DNA of 63,068 nucleotides, filler included, from Reclinomonas americana ATCC 50394 (Eukaryota): NCBI GenBank assembly GCA_048213135.1. It is 8 parts of 3 records of this genome, joined end to end, with 100 filler letters (N's around TTAATTAATTAA, not from the genome) between each part and the next. Parts side by side here need not be neighbours in the genome. Positions count along the whole stretch, not along the records: positions 49,660 to 54,822 come from PS015406.1; positions 54,923 to 63,068 come from PS015407.1; 6 more parts are not named here. One strand, 5' to 3'. Shown piece by piece: positions 50,451 to 63,068 of this stretch (position 1 is its first letter; each line of letters starts with the position of its first letter). The notes under the pieces were generated by a model. It saw only the letters and a program-made list of their open reading frames with translations, ran no database searches and was not told where the DNA came from. The position numbers and the translations under genes were made by a program.

Positions 50451-52748
50451 TCAGGCGTAGATCTTGAGCGTGCGGTCCATCGATGACGACGCAATGAAGC
50501 GCGAGTCGGGTCCGAACACGGCGCGCGTGGAGATGGCCGAGTGGTCGGTGAACGAGTGCACGGGTTCCCAGCCCTTGGCGCGGTACACGCTGCGCAAGAG
50601 AAGAGGTTAGCGAAAGGAGCAGAAGGGAAGGGGAAGGGAAGGGGAAGGGGAAGGGAAGGGGAAGGGGAGGAAAGGGACTGACTGCATAGGACCTCAGCCC
50701 TTACGCTGTAAGAGAGAGGAAGGGGATGGACAGAAGACTGAGAGAGAACACCGAGAAATGAGGCGAGGTACGGAGTGGAGAGACAATTAGAGAGATAAAG
50801 AGGAAATGCGCTGCCATAATGACACGGAGCTGCACAGTTCCTCTCGCCATTCCTTCAGCAGAGGCAGGGAGCCACAAGAGCATGAGAACATCTCTTCGCT
50901 GAACTGCTCTGTCCCCACACAGTCTCCCATCCCTTTCCCCCTCCACCACCCTTTCCCCTTTAGACTCAACTTGACACTGGTACCAGCGGTGACCAAAAAC
51001 TGACTGGAGAAGTCGTAGCGCGCCGAGGTGACCATGGCACCGCCCTCAAACGGAATCGTGTGCGCCACCTTCAGCTTGCGCAGATCCCAGATCTTGACCG
51101 TGGCATCGTCCGAGGCCGACGCCATGTGGTAGCCGTTCTCGGAGAATGACAGGCTGGTGACGGGGCCGGAGTGGCCCGGCAGGCTCTTGACCATCTTTCG
51201 TGACTTGACGTCCCAGATGCGTACCAAGTTGTCCTGGCCGCCGGTGAACAGCAGTAGGCCGTCGGGGTGGAAGGAGACCGCGGCGTGGCCTATAATGGGA
51301 AAGGGATTTAGAAGGGCAAGGGAATGGGGAAAGTACGAGCGGGTAATGCGCGAGGAAGGAGGAGAGGGCACTGACTGCGAACAACGTGATGATATGAATG
51401 GGGAAGGGGAGGATGGAGAGAGCGAAGCACACTGTGCACGACGGAGTAGAGAGAAAGTATCATAACGCAGCAGGCAATAATAAGTGGGGGAAAAGAAAAC
51501 GGAAGGAGGAAGCGTGCTGCGATTGAGAGAGAGTGAACAGATTACAAAAATACAACACGCAATGCGCGAGGAAAGAAAAGAGAGGGGGGAGGGCACTGAC
51601 TGCGACAGAACAGGTGATCAAGAAATACACCAGCCAATGAATGGGAAAGCCCCTAGGGGATGAAGAGAGCAAAGCGAGAGAGAGAGAGAGAGAGCACTGA
51701 AACACAGCAGGCTAAGAAGTGGGAAGCAGACGGGAACACCTAGCGACAGAACACCAAAGCAAAAGCACATAAGGATGACGAGGAATGACGTGCAAACGCA
51801 CTGATATGACAAGATGAACAACTGTCGTAACCCGAGCACATGATCAGACAGCGATAAGAGCGCAAGTATAGCAGAGAAGCTCTTCCATCTCTTGTCGACA
51901 TCAAAGAGAAGGACAAGAGGGAAGGGAAGAGACGTACGAGAAGTCTCTCCCTCTTCCCCCTCTCCCTCTCCTCCCTTCTCCCTCCACCTTTCCCCTCCNN
52001 NNNNNNNNNNNNNNNNNNNNNNNNNNNNNNNNNNNNNNNNNNNNNNNNNNNNNNNNNNNNNNNNNNNNNNNNNNNNNNNNNNNNNNNNNNNNNNNNNNNN
52101 NNNNNNNNNNNNNNNNNNNNNNNNNNNNNNNNNNNNNNNNNNNNNNNNNNNNNNNNNNNNNNNNNNNNNNNNNNNNNNNNNNNNNNNNNNNNNNNNNNNN
52201 NNNNNNNNNNNNNNNNNNNNNNNNNNNNNNNNNNNNNNNNNNNNNNNNNNNNNNNNNNNNNNNNNNNNNNNNNNNNNNNNNNNNNNNNNNNNNNNNNNNN
52301 NNNNNNNNNNNNNNNNNNNNNNNNNNNNNNNNNNNNNNNNNNNNNNNNNNNNNNNNNNNNNNNNNNNNNNNNNNNNNNNNNNNNNNNNNNNNNNNNNNNN
52401 NNNNNNNNNNNNNNGCAGCGTGTAGGTCTCCAACATCAGCGCGTCCCACTCGTTCTGGAAGAGGGAGAGCAGGCCGGGGATCGAGGTGGCAGCTGGTGGG
52501 CGTGGCTTGACGGCCTTGTTGCTGCCTGTGGAGGGAAAGGGAGGTGAGGGGAAGGGAGGGGAGAGAGCGAATGCACACAAGAATGCGGAGAGAGAAAGAG
52601 AGGAATGCATTCTCCGTGATGACAGACTTGATCAGTGACAGGCATGCACACTTTCTCTCAACACGAATGCATGCACAGACAAATGAGCATTACGAATGCA
52701 TTCTTCTCTCTGCAGTGAGAGGCATGTACATGTCTCTTCCCTCTCTGT

Positions 52749-52779
<31 letters not shown>

Positions 52780-53401
52780 ACGTGAAAGCTGCTCATTTGC
52801 AGTGCGCAAGAGAGTGCGAGGGACATGGCCAACAAACAAGGGGCCATTTCCAACCAGCCACTTGCACACACGCACACAGAGGCACGCACACAGAGAGCGA
52901 CACACACACGCACGCGCAAGACACAAAGAGAGAGAGAGAGAGCGCGCAAACAACGCAGAAAAAGAGCACTTTCACATTAACACACTGTCTCCCGCGCAAC
53001 TTGCTGCTGCTGCACAAAGACAGCGAGAGAGCAAAAGAGAGACATGAGTAGCAAGAGAGACATACACACACACACAACTCTCTCCTTTATCTCGTTCTCT
53101 CCCTTCTTCTCTCTTCACCTCATTTACTCAACTCTGCAGCGGCAACAAGTCATCAACGGAGAGCGGCTCTCCAGTGACCGGGCACGTTCCATTCGCCTCA
53201 ATGTACTTCTCCACCAGTCGCCTCTCATACAAGTGCCCACTGGCCTTGCTCACCACCGGCTCCTCAGGAACCTGACCAGACACTGCAACAGAACGAGAAG
53301 AGAGAGAGAGAAAGGCAAAGAGAGTGAGAAAGGCAATGTCTGTACTGGCGGGGAGAGCAAGACGCATTGCAGGCAGGCGAGACGAAACATGCGCAAAACA
53401 T
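50451..53401 (-). CDS. PRP19: Pre-mRNA-processing factor 19 (U-box + WD40); middle exons in gap
   Basis: MFCA|LSGQVPEEPVVSKASGHLYERRLVEKYI, KPRPPAATSIPGLLSLFQNEWDALMLETY, FHPDGL, FSENGYHMAS, WDLRKLK, SMDRTLKIYA*. Confidence 0.97.
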
Positions 53402-53416
53402 GTCGATTGATGTGAA

Positions 53417-54060
53417 AGTGGACAGAGGACAGATGCGCGCGAGTAGCGATTGTCTTGTTGCATGAAAACACACAAGGTGTTGGTGGTTTTTCGCAGAGTG
53501 AGAAGAATGCGTGACAAGAGGTTCATGAGTGGCACATGCAAAATGCAAGTCATTCCTGCGTTTGTGAAGAGTGGACAGAGGACAGATGCACGCGCGAGTC
53601 GCGATTGTCTTGTTGCACGAAAACACAAGGTGTTGGTGTTTTTCGCAGAGTGAGAAGTATGTGCGTGCAACAGCCACACACAGGGCAACAGCAATGCAAG
53701 TCGCTTCTTCGTTTTTCGACCAGTGGACAGAGGACATACGCGCGAGTCACGATTGTCTTGTTGCATGAAAACACACAAGCTGTTGGTGTTTTTCGCATGC
53801 GCAGAGTGAGAAGAACATGCACTGATGCGCATGAGCGGCATATGCAAATGCAAGTCACTCCTTCGGTTTTTTGAAGAGTGGACAGATCGCCGCGCGCGAG
53901 TCACGATTGTCTTGTCTCGTGAATAGAGAGTGCATTTGTGTGTTTTGTTTTCGCAGAGTGCGACGTGTACGTGACTAGACCTGCAAGCAACTGCAAGTCA
54001 CTCGTTTTTTGTTGGAGAGTGGACAGGGGACAGACTTGTTTCGCGCGAGTACGGAGATTG
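53417..54060. repeat. ~150-bp tandem repeat (4 full units plus a partial) between divergent genes
   Basis: AGTGGACAG recurs at 53417, 53570, 53722, 53877, 54018 with shared GATTGTCTTG..TTTCGCAGAGTG..GCAAGTC. Confidence 0.85.
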
Positions 54061-54099
54061 TTTCATCGTGCGAGAAAAGTCTGGCGCCAACGTTTTGTA

Positions 54100-57000
54100 A
54101 TGAGTGCGCGTGGTGTGCGAAGGGTGCGTTGTCTTGCTCTCTCACTCACTCTTTCTTTGCTTCTCACACACACGCTCTCTTTGCAGCCTGTGGTGTTGTA
54201 TGATGATGATGAGGATGATGATGACGAGGAGGATGAGGATGCGTTGAGGTTGAGGGCGATGTTGCTGGGTGGTGAGTGAAAGGGGAAGTGAGGGTTGGAA
54301 GGAGAGTGGAAGGTTGGAGAGAGCGAGGAGAGAATGTGAGAGTGAGAGAGAGTGAGAGTGAGACAGAGTGAACGAGAGAGTGAAGGTGAGGGCGACTGTG
54401 AGAGCGGAGGAGTGTGTGTGTGTGTGTTTTGGTGTTGGGGAGTGTGCTCATCGATGTCATCGGTGTGTAAGATCGAACACTTGTCACTCGTTGATGTCTT
54501 TCTTTCTGCTTTGTCTTTTCTCTTCGATGATGCTCACTGCTCATTGCTCTTTTGTCTTCTATCCTCTCTTCGCTCATCCTCTCTCGAAGCGTGCGATCTC
54601 TCGTTGCTCATCGATCGCCATCTCTCCTTGTTTCTTCTTCTCTTTCGCTCCTTTGTCTTCGATGCTGTCGCCTGCTCTCTGTCCATCGCTCTCGTGCCAC
54701 GCTCATCTTCCCTCTCTTCACTTCTCGTCTTTCACGAGGACTGTGTGCGACCTCTCGTTGCTGATCGATCGTGTTTCTTTTCTTTCCGTTGCTGTCTCTC
54801 TCTCTCTCCCTCCCTCCTTCATNNNNNNNNNNNNNNNNNNNNNNNNNNNNNNNNNNNNNNNNNNNNTTAATTAATTAANNNNNNNNNNNNNNNNNNNNNN
54901 NNNNNNNNNNNNNNNNNNNNNNACTCATCTCTCTCTCTCTCTCTCTCTCAATTTGTGCGATCTCTCGTTCCACATCGATCCTTGCTTTTTTCTTCTCATT
55001 CTCTCTCTCGCTCTCTCCCTCCATCGCCCTTTCTCTTGCTCTCTGTCCATCGCACTTGTGTATCGATCTTCTTCCTTCTCTTCGCTTATCGTCCCTTGAA
55101 GCATGCGATCTCTTGTTGCTGATCGATCGTGTTCTCTTCTCTCTTCTCTCTCTCTCAGTTACTTCATGCGATCCCTCACTGTTCGTCGATCGCGTTCTCT
55201 CGTTCCTGTTCAATGCACTCTTCGCTCCTTCTCTCTGCTGTCGACTGCCCGTTGTTTGTCGACCACATCGTCCCCTCTCCGTTGTCTTGCCTTCCTTAAC
55301 TCGCTTTGTTCTCTCTCTCCCCTCCCTTCCTGTTCCATTTGTCGCTTCTCATCGCCCTCCCTCTTTCCGCAGCACCCATCGCCGAGTCCTCTCCCGCCGA
55401 GCCCGTCGTCAGCCGCCAGTCTCGCCGCAGTGCGTTCACTCTTCTTCTCTCTTCGCCCTCTCTCTTGCTCTCTCACACACCTCCATCACCAGTGCAACAG
55501 CTGCTGCAAGATCTGGAGAGCGACGACGAAGAGCAGCAGCAGCAACAACCAGCGACCGCCATCTCCTCTGGCCGCGGTCGCATCCGCTTCTCCGTGGCCC
55601 AAGAAGGCGAGGATGACGAAGAAGAAGAAGAAGAGGAGGAGGAGGCAGCAGGTCCCATCTGGAAGTCCTCGATGTGGGCCTCATCGCGCCTCTCGACTTC
55701 CCTACACGGCTCCTCATCAACGCCAGGCGCACCGAGTTTCCCGTTTGCGAAACCGACGGCCAGCCACTTGAATGCCATTCGTGCGGCGGAGGAGGAGCTG
55801 GCGGCGAAGAGGAGAGAGGTGAGTTGGGCAAGGTCTTCCTCTCACTTCTGTTGTTCATCCATTCTCTCTGTTCATGATTTCCGACTCGCATCCACAACTT
55901 GTTTTTCTTTCCCTGTGCCACTTTCTCCTGTATGCAATCTAGTGAGCACTCAGCACAGCAATCGAGAAAACTGCGTCACGCAATGAGGTTCACCGACAAA
56001 CATTGGCAATTCATTCATTCCTTTCTCTCTCCCATTGATACTCGCTCGTGATCCTCTGTCATCTTTCTCGCCTCACTCTATTCTTCGCTTCTGTGCGCAT
56101 TCGTAACCACTCCATACCTTTCTTTCGAGAACTGTTTTCTGTGCTTCTCATAATCCGCAACTCATCCCGTTCATTTCTCGCACTTCTCGCTGTCCTTCCT
56201 CGCCCTTCTTTCTCTTTCCTCTCTTCGTCCCTCTCGTTTTTTTCGTCCCTCCCTCTTGCCTCTGTATTTCCTCTGTGTTTGCTCTCTCGTCTTTCTCGCG
56301 TTGTCTCCCTTCTGCCGTCTCTCATCTCTCTCGCTTCTTCCTTATTTTCTCTCTCTCTCCCTCTGTCCTTCCTGTCTCTGTGCTCTTTCGTCCCTTTATT
56401 CTGTCATATTCTTCTCGNNNNNNNNNNNNNNNNNNNNNNNNNNNNNNNNNNNNNNNNNNNNNNNNNNNNNNNNNNNNNNNNNNNNNNNNNNNNNNNNNNN
56501 NNNNNNNNNNNNNNNNNNNNNNNNNNNNNNNNNNNNNNNNNNNNNNNNNNNNNNNNNNNNNNNNNNNNNNNNNNNNNNNNNNNNNNNNNNNNNNNNNNNN
56601 NNNNNNNNNNNNNNNNNNNNNNNNNNNNNNNNNNNNNNNNNNNNNNNNNNNNNNNNNNNNNNNNNNNNNNNNNNNNNNNNNNNNNNNNNNNNNNNNNNNN
56701 NNNNNNNNNNNNNNNNNNNNNNNNNNNNNNNNNNNNNNNNNNNNNNNNNNNNNNNNNNNNNNNNNNNNNNNNNNNNNNNNNNNNNNNNNNNNNNNNNNNN
56801 NNNNNNNNNNNNNNNNNNNNNNNNNNNNNNNNNNNNNNNNNNNNNNNNNNNNNNNCGCAACACTTGGTGGTGGAGGAGAATCTCGCGCTCGGTCTTTTGG
56901 CGCTCCTCGCCCAGGCGACGCAGTTCGGCCGCCTCCTGCGCAATCAGCTCGCGCAGCAGCGTTACCTCGCGATTGGTGGCCTCGCGCGCCGCCTCCTCGA

Positions 57001-60000
57001 TGGCGCGCTTCTCCTGTGCCTCACGAATGCGCTGCTGGCGTGCCGCCGCCGCGGCCTCCTCCTCGGTGGTGGTGGCGGAGGGTGGGGCTGCGGATTCGAC
57101 CTCCAATGCAGGTCGCGGTGGCGGTCGACTCTTTTGCTGGGCCTGTTGTTCTTGCTGCTGTTCGCGCTCCAGCTGGCGTGCGCGGCGCTCCTCGCGGCGC
57201 TGTCGGACGACGTCGTGGCGGTAGTCCATCACCAGGCCGAGGTCGTAGGGGATGGGTTTGACGTCTTTGGCGACGGGAGGGGGCTGTGGAGGGGAGATGG
57301 GGCAAGAAGGGGAAGGGAGGAGGGGAAGGGATGAGGGGAAAGGAGAGGGGAAGACCTGGGGGACGCGAGGCACAGCGAGAAGAGAGATGGAGCAGGGAAA
57401 AAGAAGAGACAATNNNNNNNNNNNNNNNNNNNNNNNNNNNNNNNNNNNNNNNNNNNNNNNNNNNNNNNNNNNNNNNNNNNNNNNNNNNNNNNNNNNNNNN
57501 NNNNNNNNNNNNNNNNNNNNNNNNNNNNNNNNNNNNNNNNNNNNNNNNNNNNNNNNNNNNNNNNNNNNNNNNNNNNNNNNNNNNNNNNNNNNNNNNNNNN
57601 NNNNNNNNNNNNNNNNNNNNNNNNNNNNNNNNNNNNNNNNNNNNNNNNNNNNNNNNNNNNNNNNNNNNNNNNNNNNNNNNNNNNNNNNNNNNNNNNNNNN
57701 NNNNNNNNNNNNNNNNNNNNNNNNNNNNNNNNNNNNNNNNNNNNNNNNNNNNNNNNNNNNNNNNNNNNNNNNNNNNNNNNNNNNNNNNNNNNNNNNNNNN
57801 NAACAACCCCTGCCACCCCCTCTTCTTATCTCGCATTCTTGCTCACACTGTGTGGGTGGTGGGCACAGCAAGACACAATTCGACAAGGTGCGCGAGGAGC
57901 GTGAGCAGCTGGAGCAACAGAAACAGCTGCTGCGTCAGCGACGCATTCGCGAGCAGGTGGACCGCATGCAGCTGCGACGGCGCTTGCGTGCGTATCGCGC
58001 CGTTTTCAACGTGCTGCGACACATGGTGGAGGCGATGCGTGTGCAGCGGCGGCGTGCTGGCGTGCATTATCGGGCGACGCTGGCGCGACGCGTGCTCACC
58101 GAGTGGTCGCACGTGGCGCGTGTGCAGCGGGAGCGTCGTGAGCAGGAGGCGGCGGAGTTGGAGGAGCAGCACATGCAGCAATTAGAAGGGTGCGCAATAG
58201 GGGAGAAAGGGAGAAGGAGGGCGAGAGGAAAAGGGGACGGCAGAGACAGGGGAAAGGGGAAGGGGGAGGCAGGGGAAAGGGGAAGGGAGAGACAGGGGAA
58301 AGGGGAAGGGGGAGACAGGGGAAAGGTGTTCCTTCTGCTCCTCTCCCTCTCATTCTCTATTTCTTCTCCTTCTTCTTTTTCTGCTTCGTCCTCGTCGTGC
58401 CATCCATGCGTCACTCCTATTCATCTAGTCTTTGGTTCCTGGTGCAGCATGACGCAGCTTTTCATCCCCCCTACCGTCTTCATGCGCCGTCTTTCTCATT
58501 CCTGTCTCTCAAGCATTGCAGTTCATTCTATCATGCATTCACTTTGCTTGCCAGAATGATTGCACCACAGAGCTTTCTTTTCGTCCCCCCTGGATCAGTT
58601 CCTTATCTGCTGGTCTTCTCGCCTTCGCTCAATTGTCCTTCGCTTGCCTCACTGGAACCTGTCAGCGCCACAATACTTCTCCTGTCCGTTTCAGTTTTCA
58701 TCATTTGCAACCTTGCACTGAAGCACGCCTCCTTCTCTCCTCGTCTTTCCCTTGTACTTGCAGCTTCAGCATAACCTCTCTCTCTTTATCTCTCTTCATC
58801 TCACTTTCACGCATCCTCTCTCGCTTCATCTCACTTTCATTCAACCTCACAGTCTCTCTTTTCCTCTCTTTGTCACTCATCCTCCTATCTCTCTCTTTCC
58901 TTTTCTGCATCTCTCCATCAACCACCCTTCCTTTCATCCATTCTTCCCCTGAGCCACCATTTCTCTTCTCCCCCTTTCTCCAATCTCTTTCCCCCACTCT
59001 TCCCCTTCTCCCCCTCCTTCCCCCTCACCCACCCTTACCCTGAATCCTCTCATGCAGCGCCGCCCGCCGACACTGGCGCTCCGTCACCCTCCGCCTCACC
59101 TGGCGCACCTGGCGCCGCTGGCTGACGCAAGAGCGCCACCGCAAGCAAGTGGAGGCCGAGGAGCAGGCGCAACGTGAAAAGATGCTGCGCCTGTTGGCTC
59201 GCGCANNNNNNNNNNNNNNNNNNNNNNNNNNNNNNNNNNNNNNNNNNNNNNNNNNNNNNNNNNNNNNNNNNNNNNNNNNNNNNNNNNNNNNNNNNNNNNN
59301 NNNNNNNNNNNNNNNNNNNNNNNNNNNNNNNNNNNNNNNNNNNNNNNNNNNNNNNNNNNNNNNNNNNNNNNNNNNNNNNNNNNNNNNNNNNNNNNNNNNN
59401 NNNNNNNNNNNNNNNNNNNNNNNNNNNNNNNNNNNNNNNNNNNNNNNNNNNNNNNNNNNNNNNNNNNNNNNNNNNNNNNNNNNNNNNNNNNNNNNNNNNN
59501 NNNNNNNNNNNNNNNNNNNNNNNNNNNNNNNNNNNNNNNNNNNNNNNNNNNNNNNNNNNNNNNNNNNNNNNNNNNNNNNNNNNNNNNNNNNNNNNNNNNN
59601 NNNNNNNNNNNNNNNNNNNNNNNNNNNNNNNNNNNNNNNNNNNNGAGCAGCTGTCGGCCGTGGCCGTGCGCACACCTGCCGCCGCCGCCGGCGCCGTCGT
59701 CGACACGCCGTTGAGCGAGCGCACCATGAGCGCCAGGGAGGAGGAGGACCTGTCGGCGCGCAGCACGTTTTCGTCGCCGGCCACCACGCATGACTCGGTG
59801 CTGGTGCACCAGGAGAGAACTCCAGAGTCGGTTCCGAGTTGCAGCCCCATTCAGCCTTTCGAAATGTCGCCGGCACCTGTGGTGCAGGAGCCTGTGGTTG
59901 TCGTGGTCACCACGCGTCGATCACCAACACCTGTGCGTCGGCCACCACTCCCCGTCCCTGCCGCGCCAGCGCCAACCCCAGCACGTGCAGCTGTTCCCGA

Positions 60001-61659
60001 AAGTGAGGGGCCTTGTTTCACAGTCCAGCCTTCTCTCTTGTCACTCACGCTTTCGGCAGCCCCTCCACCCGAATTCCTCCTGCACATGCACGACCGTGCC
60101 GAGGAGCGCAAGCGTCGACGAGAAGCCCTGCGTGTGCGCTACGAGGCGGCGGAGAAGGAGAAAGAAGTGCAGCGGCAGGAGGAGGAGGCGAACCGGTTGC
60201 GGTTAGAGGCGGAGCGCAAAAAGGAGGTGCGAGAGCGGNNNNNNNNNNNNNNNNNNNNNNNNNNNNNNNNNNNNNNNNNNNNNNNNNNNNNNNNNNNNNN
60301 NNNNNNNNNNNNNNNNNNNNNNNNNNNNNNNNNNNNNNNNNNNNNNNNNNNNNNNNNNNNNNNNNNNNNNNNNNNNNNNNNNNNNNNNNNNNNNNNNNNN
60401 NNNNNNNNNNNNNNNNNNNNNNNNNNNNNNNNNNNNNNNNNNNNNNNNNNNNNNNNNNNNNNNNNNNNNNNNNNNNNNNNNNNNNNNNNNNNNNNNNNNN
60501 NNNNNNNNNNNNNNNNNNNNNNNNNNNNNNNNNNNNNNNNNNNNNNNNNNNNNNNNNNNNNNNNNNNNNNNNNNNNNNNNNNNNNNNNNNNNNNNNNNNN
60601 NNNNNNNNNNNNNNNNNNNNNNNNNNNNNNNNNNNNNNNNNNNNNNNNNNNNNNNNNNNNNNNNNNNNNNNNNNNNNNNNNNNNNNNNNNNNNNNNNNNN
60701 NNNNNNNNNNNNNNNNNNNNNNNNNNNNNNNNNNNNNNNNNNNNNNNNNNNNNNNNNNNNNNNNNNNNNNNNNNNNNNNNNNNNNNNNNNNNNNNNNNNN
60801 NNNNNNNNNNNNNNNNNNNNNNNNNNNNNNNNNNNNNNNNNNNNNNNNNNNNNNNNNNNNNNNNNNNNNNNNNNNAAACGGTTGGAACGCGAGGCACTGG
60901 AGCAGGGGGAGAGGGAGCGAGAGCAGCGCCGCCTGCAGCAGCAGCAAAAGGTGCAAATGGCCGACACGCACTACCAGCACACGTTGCTGCGTCGCTGTGG
61001 ATTTGCGCCGTGGATGCAACTCGGTGACGAAGCATTCCCATTCTCGCAAAGTGCTGATTTTGCACTCACCCCTCTTGTCTTCGTCCGACAGTGTCATCGG
61101 CACGCGCGCATGTGGCGCAGGCGGACGAGTGGTACCACGTGTGCTTGCAGCAGCGCATGTTGCGCAAGTGGCACACTGCGCTTGTCGCCCTCCGCGAACA
61201 GCGACGCCAGCGACAAATGCAACGCGTGGCCGAGATGCAGCAAATGGGCCAATTGCGACTGCGACGGCGCGCGTTTGAGGCGTGGCAGCAGGTACTGTGT
61301 GTGTGTGTGCCGTCAAAGCGCTTTACAATCGACGTTTCCTCACACTCTTTCCGCATCCGCAGTTCCATGCGCAATGCCAAATGGACCTGGCGATGGCCAC
61401 ACGTCGCGACGAGAGCCGCACACTGGGACTGGCCTTCCGACAATGGCGCTTGCGACATCACGCCGAAGTGGTGCGTCGCGAGCGGCTGGAAGTGGCGCAG
61501 GAGGCCATGGCGGAGGAGCACTATTTGCAGCATTTGGTGCGGGCGGTGTTTGTCGGGTGGCGGGCGTCGGTACCGACGATGCAGTTCGAGAGGCAAAGGG
61601 AGCAGGTGCGCGCGAGGTTACAGAGGCGCATGGAGGCGTTGTTGGAGAGCAAGTCGTAA
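54100..61659 (+). CDS. CCDC191: CCDC191-like coiled-coil protein with Sfi1-like W-repeats (gapped; start uncertain)
   Basis: ADTHYQHTLLRRCGFAPW, MHDRAEERKRRRE, AEEHYLQHLVRAVFVGW..ERQREQVRARLQRR resemble CCDC191 as recalled; TAA at 61659. Confidence 0.7.
56856..57283 (-). CDS. Coiled-coil exon on an isolated contig; probably an inverted CCDC191 exon
   Basis: Pyrimidine tract + cag, then PPPVAKDVKPIPYDLGLVMDYRHDVVRQRREERR; N gaps on both sides. Confidence 0.6.
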
Positions 61660-62765
61660 AGGGGAAAGGGAGAAGTGGCAAAGGGAGAGGAGAGGGGAGA
61701 GGGGAGAGGGGAGAGGGTGGACTGGGGGACGGGTGGACTGGGGGAAGGGCAGAGAGCGAGAGAATTGGTCGAAGGTTGGCGAGAACCGGAAGGAAGGAAG
61801 GCGAGAAAGGGAATGATACTGTGAGGATACGTGGCAACACGAGTGCGGCGAACATTTAGAACGTGGTGAAGTGCACAAGGAAGCCAGCTGCTGGAGAACC
61901 ATTCATCACGTCGAGTGCCAAAATGCGTGGGAAACCGACTTCCTCATGCACGGCGCCGTGCGATCACTGGTGACGCAAAGTGTGCTCATTTATTCTCAAT
62001 GGTGTCCGCGCTGCNNNNNNNNNNNNNNNNNNNNNNNNNNNNNNNNNNNNNNNNNNNNNNNNNNNNNNNNNNNNNNNNNNNNNNNNNNNNNNNNNNNNNN
62101 NNNNNNNNNNNNNNNNNNNNNNNNNNNNNNNNNNNNNNNNNNNNNNNNNNNNNNNNNNNNNNNNNNNNNNNNNNNNNNNNNNNNNNNNNNNNNNNNNNNN
62201 NNNNNNNNNNNNNNNNNNNNNNNNNNNNNNNNNNNNNNNNNNNNNNNNNNNNNNNNNNNNNNNNNNNNNNNNNNNNNNNNNNNNNNNNNNNNNNNNNNNN
62301 NNNNNNNNNNNNNNNNNNNNNNNNNNNNNNNNNNNNNNNNNNNNNNNNNNNNNNNNNNNNNNNNNNNNNNNNNNNNNNNNNNNNNNNNNNNNNNNNNNNN
62401 NNNNNNNNNNNNNNNNNNNNNNNNNNNNNNNNNNNNNNNNNNNNNNNNNNNNNNNNNNNNNNNNNNNNNNNNNNNNNNNNNNNNNNNNNNNNNNNNNNNN
62501 NNNNNNNNNNNNNNNNNNNNNNNNNNNNNNNNNNNNNNNNNNNNNNNNNNNNNNNNNNNNNNNNNNNNNNNNNNNNNNNNNNNNNNNNNNNNNNNNNNNN
62601 NNNNNNNNNNNNNNNNNNNNNNNNNNNNNNNNNNNNNNNNNNNNNNNNNNNNNNNNNNNNNNNNNAATACTGAATAGAGAGAGAGAGAGAGAGAGAAAGA
62701 GAGCTTCTACAGTGGGTGTTGTTCGTTCTTGTTGTTGGAACTGAGGGCGCTGCTGTTGCTCACGC

Positions 62766-63068
62766 TCACTGACGAGTAGTACACGCATCGCCAGTTGGCG
62801 ATGCGTAAGGCGTCGCAGCCATCTCAAGCAGGCCATCCACCGCGATCGGCTTGTGCGGCAGAGCAGGTGGCTGTGAGTCGCCACCGATGTGTCCGCGAGC
62901 TCGACGGAGAGCGCCGTCGTCGCCGTCTTCGTCAATGAAAAGCAGCTCCGACTCAGCATCTGGCACGTGCGGCTGCGGACGGATGTTGTCTTCCTCCTCC
63001 GCACCCTCGAGCTTGTCAGCATCGAACCAGTCGATCCCTTCCAACAAGGTCTCTTCGCACTTATCAGG
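62766..63068 (-). CDS. 3' exon of an unknown gene continuing beyond the window
   Basis: Open acidic reading frame from the window edge to a stop at 62766. Confidence 0.45.
   Translation of the reverse strand, partial: PDKCEETLLEGIDWFDADKLEGAEEEDNIRPQPHVPDAESELLFIDEDGDDGALRRARGHIGGDSQPPALPHKPIAVDGLLEMAATPYASPTGDACTTRQ

Overview
Draft-assembly window from an intron-rich eukaryote (GT-AG introns, GA/CT/GT microsatellites and minisatellites, many N gaps, seven artificial N-TTAATTAATTAA-N linkers). The organism is probably a flagellated protist; this is inferred from a CCDC191-like gene. All exon models were spliced by eye. Recognisable genes: TONSOKU-like TPR+LRR protein, a PP2A/PP4/PP6-family protein lacking its catalytic residues, SDR oxidoreductase, lysosomal-type histidine acid phosphatase (one copy plus a 3'-half duplicate), a GAF/coiled-coil protein, CCDC174, PRP19 and CCDC191. 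The main finding is a three-copy family of NLR-like STAND genes (4310-8750 +, 25500-30048 -, 32037-36572 -). Once spliced they read: ubiquitin-like domain, putative HEPN RNase (R-N/H-x-V-V-G-H), NACHT NTPase, pentapeptide repeats, 11-12 HET-E-like WD40 repeats with hypervariable positions, and a C-terminal CaaX box (CTLL). This suggests a membrane-anchored, diversifying immune receptor with an RNase effector. The small N-terminal exons split the Ubl and HEPN parts across several ORFs in the ORF track. Domain calls rest on motif recognition, not database searches.
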